A stretch of 64,000 bases of DNA, from the IMG/VR virus record IMGVR_UViG_3300032050_000084, one strand, 5' to 3'. Below, piece by piece: positions 57,761 through 64,000 of the stretch. Below the pieces are notes generated by a model. It had not been told where the DNA came from, made no database searches, and saw nothing but the letters and a program-made list of their open reading frames with translations. Each line of letters starts with the position of its first letter. Position 1 is the first letter of the stretch. A program made the translations under genes and the position numbers. The DNA is from an uncultured virus (IMG/VR IMGVR_UViG_3300032050_000084) (taxonomy: Duplodnaviria > Heunggongvirae > Uroviricota > Caudoviricetes).

Positions 57761-57977
57761 ATATCTGTTTAAGCGAGCAATAAGCTTTGTAGAGTTCAAC
57801 ACAGGTCTGTGGAGAATTAGAAACTATATCTACACGGTTAAGTGTAAGCGTGGTAATCACGGGTTAGTAGCAGGAGTTCTACTTACAGACGATTACTTGT
57901 CTCCAGTAGATCATTATTACTGCATGCATTGCCATAAAGAGTGGAGCGTTGAAGAGTGGGAAGGCCGTAATGTATAG
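57741..57977 (+). CDS. Hypothetical protein
   Basis: C...H...CxxC; overlaps both neighbours; start uncertain. Confidence 0.5.
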   Translation: MIVWRFKYLFKRAISFVEFNTGLWRIRNYIYTVKCKRGNHGLVAGVLLTDDYLSPVDHYYCMHCHKEWSVEEWEGRNV

Positions 57978-58947
57978 AGAAGGGGATGTAGAACAAGCCC
58001 TACTTCGTTTAGGGTTAGACCACAAAGCTCAGCATCGTGATGAACTTACTGGCTGGTGCCCTATGCACTTGGAACGTACCGGCAGAGAAGACTTCAATCC
58101 ATCCTGGTCTATTAATGTTGAGACCGGTGTCCACCACTGCTTTTCCTGTGGATACAAAGGAACATTACTAACTTTGGTGGCGGAAATACTTGATCTTAAA
58201 ACTGAGTGGGGACGCTTAGATTTTGATGCTGCTAAAGACTGGCTAAGAGCATCTATCCAAGTAGATCTAGATTTACTTATTAAGCATGTAGAGCAGATGC
58301 GTGAGTCATACGTATCTCTTCCTAGACCTGTAGAGATGAGCGAAGCTCGTTTAGCGGTATTTAATAGCGCTCCTGAATGGGCTTTGGCTGCCCGCAAACT
58401 AACAGCCACTGCCTGCTATAACTTTGGTGTTTTGTGGAATGATAAACAGGAGTCCTGGATTACCCCCATACGTGACCCTAAAACTAACAAGCTTATGGGT
58501 TGGCAAGAAAAGGGTCAGAACTCCAGGCTATTTAGAAACCGTCCTGCCGGCGTACAAAAATCAAAGACTTTATTTGGTCTTGACGTTTGGATGGGCGGAA
58601 CTATGATTGTAGTTGAGTCTCCTTTAGACGCCGTATATCTCTCTTCATTGAGAATTGGATCTGGTGTTTCAACTTTTGGAGCTTCTGTAAGCTCAGAACA
58701 GATCGATCTTATGCGACAGGCGGACAAGTTAATCCTTGCATTTGATAATCCCAAAGTAGATCCGGCTGGTGAGAAAGCATCCCTCGATATGTTTACTAGA
58801 ATACGGTCATTAGGAATGGAGTGTTCCTTTTTTGCTTACGGTGATAGCGGCAAGAAAGATATAGGGGATATGGCTTTAGAAGAAGTTCAAAATGGCATTA
58901 ATAATGCCAAACATTTCGTATTCGGGGTAGAGGCCATATACGCATGA
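57970..58947 (+). CDS. dnaG: DNA primase (CHC2 zinc finger + Toprim)
   Basis: CPMH...PSWSIN...HCFSCG.KG; VVES.LD, AFDN, KDIGD. Confidence 0.88.
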   Translation: MYREGDVEQALLRLGLDHKAQHRDELTGWCPMHLERTGREDFNPSWSINVETGVHHCFSCGYKGTLLTLVAEILDLKTEWGRLDFDAAKDWLRASIQVDLDLLIKHVEQMRESYVSLPRPVEMSEARLAVFNSAPEWALAARKLTATACYNFGVLWNDKQESWITPIRDPKTNKLMGWQEKGQNSRLFRNRPAGVQKSKTLFGLDVWMGGTMIVVESPLDAVYLSSLRIGSGVSTFGASVSSEQIDLMRQADKLILAFDNPKVDPAGEKASLDMFTRIRSLGMECSFFAYGDSGKKDIGDMALEEVQNGINNAKHFVFGVEAIYA

Positions 58948-60506
58948 CATTTACAGGCACGTTACTCCCGTTTCAACCAGAAGCCGTTGAAGCTATGACT
59001 CGGCGGGGAAAGATGCTGGTTGCTTATGACTTAGGGCTGGGAAAGACAGTCCTTACAATTGCTGCGCTAGAACAGCTAATGGATAGCGGTTCCGTACGTG
59101 AGCCAGGAATTATAATCTGTCTTTCCAGCCTTAAATATCAATGGGCAGAACAGATAAGGAAGTTTACCGATGGATCTTCAAACCCTTTGGTCATTGATGG
59201 AACGCCAAAGCAAAGAGCAGAGCAGTATGCGGAAGCCATCGACTGGGGTCATTCGTTGGTGGATTACGTCATTCTTAACTACGAGCAAGTTGTTAACGAC
59301 TGGGAGTATGTACGACAACTCCCTACAGGATTCATTGTCTGTGACGAAGCAACCGCAATTAAAAGCTTTAGATCAAAACGATCTAAATACATAAAGAAAT
59401 TAAGTAGCGATTATAAGTTTGCCCTTACAGGTACCCCAGTAGAAAATGGAAAGCCTGAAGAGCTGTATAGCATAATGCAGTTTGTAGACAAAAGTGTTCT
59501 AGGTCGTTTTGATTTATTTGACCAAACATTTATTGTTAGAAATAGGTTTGGTGGCGTAGAGAGATACAGAAATCTTCCCGTACTTAACAAAACTCTTATG
59601 GAAGCTTGCGTACGTAAACGTCAAAGCGATCCTGATGTAGCCCCCTTCTTGCCAGAAACTATTAATGCCGAACCTATCCTTGTAGCTTTTGATTCAGCCG
59701 GTAAGAAGCTATATCAGTCTATAGTTTATGAACTATTAAATGATTTAGAAGAGGCTTTAGACTCCTACGGTGCATCATTTGATATTTTTGCACACTATGG
59801 TCAGGGAGAAAACTTTGATGGTGCCGACGCTATGCGTGGTAAAATTATGTCTAAACTTACTGCACTTAGAATGCTTTGCGACCACCCAGATCTACTTAGA
59901 AAGTCTGCCAAATCCTCTGCGTATGCTGAAGAGCTAAAGAACAGCGGTCGTCTAGATTCAGTGACTAAGTCGCCAAAATTATCTGCTTTAAAAGAATACG
60001 TTAATAACTTTTTATCAGAGTACGAAGGCAACAAAGTTGTTATTTTTACCAGCTATGTGCACATGGTAAATTTAATACGCGATGAGTTTATAATGGATTG
60101 GGCTAGTGCACCGTATACAGGAGAAATGAATGCTAAACAAAAAGAAGAAGCAAAAGTTAAGTTTCAAACAGATCCTGAAGTTAGGATCCTTGTCAGCTCT
60201 GATGCTGGGGGTTATGGTGTGGATCTACCTCAAGCTAATCTTCTTATTAACTACGATCTTCCGTGGAATGCCGGACTCGCACTTCAACGTAATGGACGAA
60301 TCCGAAGAGCATCCAGCGAATGGGGATCTATAGTCATACAGGATTTACTAATGGAGGGGTCGGTAGAAGAACGACAGCATGCAATGCTAGATCAAAAATT
60401 AGCAGTAGCTGGCGCTGTTGTAGATGGAGAGGGTATAGATTCACAGGGCGGAATTAAGTTGACTGTGGGTTCACTTAGGGGGTTCTTACAAAATGTTTCC
60501 CTGTAA
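58944..60506 (+). CDS. SNF2-family helicase
   Basis: DLGLGKT, DEAT, LTGTP.EN, G.DL..AN..INYDLPWN, QR.GRI.R. Confidence 0.9.
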   Translation: MTFTGTLLPFQPEAVEAMTRRGKMLVAYDLGLGKTVLTIAALEQLMDSGSVREPGIIICLSSLKYQWAEQIRKFTDGSSNPLVIDGTPKQRAEQYAEAIDWGHSLVDYVILNYEQVVNDWEYVRQLPTGFIVCDEATAIKSFRSKRSKYIKKLSSDYKFALTGTPVENGKPEELYSIMQFVDKSVLGRFDLFDQTFIVRNRFGGVERYRNLPVLNKTLMEACVRKRQSDPDVAPFLPETINAEPILVAFDSAGKKLYQSIVYELLNDLEEALDSYGASFDIFAHYGQGENFDGADAMRGKIMSKLTALRMLCDHPDLLRKSAKSSAYAEELKNSGRLDSVTKSPKLSALKEYVNNFLSEYEGNKVVIFTSYVHMVNLIRDEFIMDWASAPYTGEMNAKQKEEAKVKFQTDPEVRILVSSDAGGYGVDLPQANLLINYDLPWNAGLALQRNGRIRRASSEWGSIVIQDLLMEGSVEERQHAMLDQKLAVAGAVVDGEGIDSQGGIKLTVGSLRGFLQNVSL

Positions 60507-60515
60507 CATATTACT

Positions 60516-60659
60516 ATGCCTAATTCGCCTAAGACTCCGACGCGTACTATACGTGTCTCTAATGAGCTTTGGGCTGCTGTAAAAGAAAAAGCAGCTATTG
60601 AGGGAACGACCGTAACTCAGGTTATTATCGAAGCCCTCAAAAAATACATAGCGGAATAA
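60516..60659 (+). CDS. Ribbon-helix-helix DNA-binding protein (47 aa, not in track)
   Basis: TPTRTIRVSNELWAAVKEKAAIEGTTVTQVIIEALKKY; TAACAT 6 nt before ATG. Confidence 0.75.
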   Translation: MPNSPKTPTRTIRVSNELWAAVKEKAAIEGTTVTQVIIEALKKYIAE

Positions 60660-60735
60660 TCTTTACGCTATAATTGTTACACACCTAGACCCGCCGAACG
60701 GGGGTCTTTAACTAGTCTCGTCTAAGGAGAGAACT

Positions 60736-61227
60736 ATGTACCCAACCCCAAATGGAAAAGACTGGCGCCCAAAAGATTGGGAAACGCCAAGATCAAAACT
60801 ACCGGCATCTATGCCACCAACCCTCTCAACCCTTTTCCCCAACATTAATCGTTGGGCAATTGGCTTTGATCCCCTGTTTGAAACTTTAAAGGAGATCAGT
60901 AAAGAGGTAAAAACCACTACCTATCCTCCCTATAACCTTTATAAACAGGGGGAAACCTACACTCTAGAGTTAGCTGTGGCAGGCTTCACAAAAGAAGATT
61001 TGCAACTTACCGTAAAAGAGAATATTCTTACGGTGTCTGGAGAAAAAACCTCTGAGCCAGAAGCTGCGGTTTACCGCGGAATCGCAGCCAGAGATTTTGA
61101 ACAGGACTTTGTATTACAAGAGTATGTCAAAATTAAAAGCGCTGAGCTTAAAGATGGTATGCTTCGTATTACATTGGAACAGGAATTGCCAGAGGATAAG
61201 AAAGCAAAATCTATCCAAATTAAATAG
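60736..61227 (+). CDS. Small heat-shock protein (Hsp20/IbpA-like)
   Basis: IGFD, YPPYN, ELAVAGF, YRGIA.R.F...F.L, A.LKDGML.I.L. Confidence 0.92.
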   Translation: MYPTPNGKDWRPKDWETPRSKLPASMPPTLSTLFPNINRWAIGFDPLFETLKEISKEVKTTTYPPYNLYKQGETYTLELAVAGFTKEDLQLTVKENILTVSGEKTSEPEAAVYRGIAARDFEQDFVLQEYVKIKSAELKDGMLRITLEQELPEDKKAKSIQIK

Positions 61228-61244
61228 CCAAACAAGGAGGGCAC

Positions 61245-61682
61245 ATGGCAACAGTAGAAAAACCATCACGTGACGTATCCCCCAAAGGTTTACTAGGAAC
61301 GGTAAAACAATACGTAAATCTAAAGCGTCGGATTGATGATCTGACTAAAGAGCAGAGCGTACTTAAAACGGAGCTTTCAGATCTTGTAGACAAACAAGGT
61401 GAGACAGACGATAAGGGACACGTTTGGCTTCCTCTTCCAGAAGAAGTAGATGGCGTTGTATCTCTTAAGCGGGAACGCAGAGTTTCACAAAGTCTTGATA
61501 TGGATGCAGCAATTCTAATTCTTACTCAAAAAGGATTAGCAGATCGCTGTATCAAGCCTATCCCAACAGTTGCTGAGGATGAGGTTATGGCTGCACTCTA
61601 TGAGGGAAAACTCACAGAGGAAGATGTGGACGCTATGTTTCCAAAGAAAATTACGTGGGCGTTTATTACAAGTAAATCATGA
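61245..61682 (+). CDS. Hypothetical protein
   Basis: AAGGAGG SD; 145 aa with coiled-coil N-terminus. Confidence 0.7.
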   Translation: MATVEKPSRDVSPKGLLGTVKQYVNLKRRIDDLTKEQSVLKTELSDLVDKQGETDDKGHVWLPLPEEVDGVVSLKRERRVSQSLDMDAAILILTQKGLADRCIKPIPTVAEDEVMAALYEGKLTEEDVDAMFPKKITWAFITSKS

Positions 61683-62149
61683 GCGACGAAGTAGACAAAC
61701 TGTTTAGTGACCTGGACGATTACTATCCGGGATCAAAACGTAAGCGTCGGGAACCAAACCCTAACGCTAAACCTGTAAAACAGCTGTCTACTGCCTGGGA
61801 TTCAGAGCCCCAACTGAAGACTCTTCCTAACGGAAAGAGTATAGAATTGTTCAGTGCCGGGGCTCTGTCCCTGGCGCTAAACAGACCGCTGGTTACGCTT
61901 AGGTTGTGGGAACGTAAGGGGTACATACCTCGTGCACCCTATAGACTTAAGTCAGTGATTGTAGATGGTGTAAAGAAGCCAGGATGGCGGATGTACAGCA
62001 GAGCAATTATTGAAACCACCATTGAAAGCTTTCAATCTAGAGAGCTCTTAGGAGCCCCTCGGGTTGATTGGAATCGATATCCAGATCTATCAATTGAGTT
62101 GATGGAAAAATGGAGTAAGATTCACTCTCAAGAAACAGCCGTTTCTTGA
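61679..62149 (+). CDS. MerR-type HTH DNA-binding protein
   Basis: FSAG.L..AL.R...TLR.WE.KG.IP...R.Y. Confidence 0.7.
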   Translation: MSDEVDKLFSDLDDYYPGSKRKRREPNPNAKPVKQLSTAWDSEPQLKTLPNGKSIELFSAGALSLALNRPLVTLRLWERKGYIPRAPYRLKSVIVDGVKKPGWRMYSRAIIETTIESFQSRELLGAPRVDWNRYPDLSIELMEKWSKIHSQETAVS

Positions 62150-62200
62150 ATTTGACCTATGACCAATGATCCTATGATCCTATGAAAGGAGTACCCCAGA

Positions 62201-62911
62201 ATGGGTATTCGAATTGAAAAGACAGAAACACCTAACTTAGACAGTTATGTTGACGCACAACCTCACACACCTTCAGCATCTGAGCTGGAGGAAATTTTTA
62301 CCCAAGAAGATGAAAACGATACAACTAATCGCTCTTCTTCAATCCAAAGTGGTTGGGCTGCTGCAAAGAAAGCAGTAGCTAAATCTAATCAGAAGTACGC
62401 TACTGATTTTAGATTTGAAGAAGACGTTAAGCTAATCAAATTTATTTCTGGAGAGCCAATGACTTTTATGCAGCATTGGGTAAATCGTCAAGGAAAAAAA
62501 TCATTCATTAGTATTGGAGAAGGAGATCCATTAATCGCAGTAGGAAGCGTACCTTCACAGAAGTTTGCTTTTACTGTTCTAAATCTATCTGAAGAAGAAC
62601 CACAACTTCAGTTGATGATTGTTGGCGTTCGTCTATGTGGACAACTTGAGAAGTTGCACATGGATAAAAAGACTGGACCACTTGACCGCTCAGATCTTTA
62701 CTGGGCAGTGAGCAAGTCTGGTACTGGAACCAAGACCGCGTACTCTATTACTCCTGTTAAAGAGCGCGATCTTGCTGATGACTGGGACATCGACCCTGTC
62801 GCAGCTGCAGAGCTAATTAAACCCCTCAAGCCACTTGGCCCGGATGCCCTCTACATCCCGAGTAAGTCCGAGTTGGAAGAGGTAGCTCGAGAACTAGCTG
62901 GACAGGCATAA
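62201..62911 (+). CDS. Putative single-stranded DNA-binding protein (gp32-like)
   Basis: QHW, K.GTGT.T.Y.I.P motif; directly upstream of the DNA polymerase. Confidence 0.55.
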   Translation: MGIRIEKTETPNLDSYVDAQPHTPSASELEEIFTQEDENDTTNRSSSIQSGWAAAKKAVAKSNQKYATDFRFEEDVKLIKFISGEPMTFMQHWVNRQGKKSFISIGEGDPLIAVGSVPSQKFAFTVLNLSEEEPQLQLMIVGVRLCGQLEKLHMDKKTGPLDRSDLYWAVSKSGTGTKTAYSITPVKERDLADDWDIDPVAAAELIKPLKPLGPDALYIPSKSELEEVARELAGQA

Positions 62912-62990
62912 CCAATCATCGTTGTTAGGAGCCGGGTTTTGTTTAACCTCCTTTCTCTTCCCCGGCTCCTAACACTTAAACAGGAGACCC

Positions 62991-64000
62991 ATGAATATTA
63001 TTACGACCACTAAACAGTTACAAGAATTAGTTTCAGCCTATGAACAAGTAGATGCTTTTGCATTTGACGTCGAGAGCATGGGCGATCACAGAGGAGATCC
63101 ACGACAAAACGTTGTTGTATGGATATCTTTAGCAACACATGACAGAGTAGATGTCATACCTATGGGACATCCCAACGGAGATTTTTTGCGTGTTGAATAT
63201 CCACTACTGCCTTCCGCACACGCACGAGTGCTTAAAGGACTAGAGCTTCGTCCTATCGATTACAGTAAAGATGAACGTAAGGCTAAGCGCATCTTTAGTG
63301 AGCCACCCAAGCAATTAACTCCAGCTGAAGTCTTTTCAGCATTGAAACCATTATTTTTAAGTGACAAGATTAAAGTCGGTCATAACTTAAAGTTTGATCT
63401 ACAAAGCATTACAAAGTATTTGGGGCAGTTACCTGCACAGCCTTACGCTTGTACCCTTAATGCAGCGTTTATATTAGATAACCAAGTTCGCAACAGTTTA
63501 GGTCTTGACGATTGCCTTGAGCGTGAGTTTAAATACAATATGGTTAAGGGAGTCGGAGCTCACGTAGAGTCTCACAGCTTTGATGAGGTTGCTAAATACT
63601 CAGCCTTGGATGCCGAGTGGACCTGGAAGCTTTACTTAAACTACTCAGATCGTTTAAAAATTGATGGATTACAAGGTATTTTTGCTTTAGAGATGGACGT
63701 ACTAGAGGTTATTTGCAACATGGAGCTGCGGGGAGCAGACATCGATGTTAGTGAGCTTTCTTCTCTTAAGATTAACTTAGAAGAGCAGCTAGAACAAACT
63801 AAGGCAGATATATATAAAAATGCCGGCAAAGCTTTTAATATCAACAGTGTTCCAGAAAAACAAAAGCTTTTGTATTCTCCCAAAACAGTTGGGGGACGAG
63901 GACTAAAGCCAAAGGTATTAACTCCGGCAGGACAGAAGAGAATCGATCAGGGTCTTACACCAACAGTTGCCGACTACTCAGTTGCTGAGCCGGCTCTACA
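62991..64000 (+). CDS. polA: Family A DNA polymerase, N-terminal part (truncated by the window; not in track)
   Basis: CAGGAG SD; ExoI FAFDVES, ExoII GHNLKFD, ExoIII YSALDA, then EM......MELRG..ID and FNINS. Confidence 0.88.
   Translation, partial: MNIITTTKQLQELVSAYEQVDAFAFDVESMGDHRGDPRQNVVVWISLATHDRVDVIPMGHPNGDFLRVEYPLLPSAHARVLKGLELRPIDYSKDERKAKRIFSEPPKQLTPAEVFSALKPLFLSDKIKVGHNLKFDLQSITKYLGQLPAQPYACTLNAAFILDNQVRNSLGLDDCLEREFKYNMVKGVGAHVESHSFDEVAKYSALDAEWTWKLYLNYSDRLKIDGLQGIFALEMDVLEVICNMELRGADIDVSELSSLKINLEEQLEQTKADIYKNAGKAFNINSVPEKQKLLYSPKTVGGRGLKPKVLTPAGQKRIDQGLTPTVADYSVAEPAL

Noticed and set aside
1..64000. tRNA genes, integrase, introns/inteins, alternative genetic code
   Set aside because: No cloverleaf or T-loop pattern noticed by eye (tRNAscan not run); terminase and DnaB are of normal length; all three stop codons terminate genes normally.

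Overview
This window is a 64 kb segment of a contractile-tailed (myovirus-type) bacteriophage, with almost all genes on the + strand. WhiB, a PASTA domain, a DUF7455-like protein, leaderless starts and moderate GC content suggest an actinobacterial host, possibly a low-GC freshwater lineage (inference). Gene order: accessory genes (KTSC, a Thr-type proteasome/HslV-like protease, PASTA, small basic ORFs, HNH, a secreted lysozyme-like enzyme); terminase, portal, scaffold and capsid; a long fibre region with collagen-like and polyproline/Cys-rich proteins interleaved with modification enzymes; sheath, tube, tape measure and baseplate; then replication genes (initiator, DnaC-like loader, DnaB, WhiB, primase, SNF2, Hsp20, SSB, truncated PolA). 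The best candidate for an undescribed system is a prolyl-4-hydroxylase-like gene coupled to a Gnt1/GT60-like hydroxyproline GlcNAc-transferase, next to a fibre protein with 13-24-residue polyproline runs. This would be a phage Hyp-O-glycosylation pathway. Other findings: hairpins with anti-Shine-Dalgarno loops, a structured leader on the lysozyme gene, a probable +1 frameshift in the tail chaperone, unannotated micro-ORFs including a metallothionein-like peptide, and a palindrome cluster that may be the origin. All family assignments are motif recognition by eye, not database results. No tRNA, rRNA, CRISPR array or integrase was seen.
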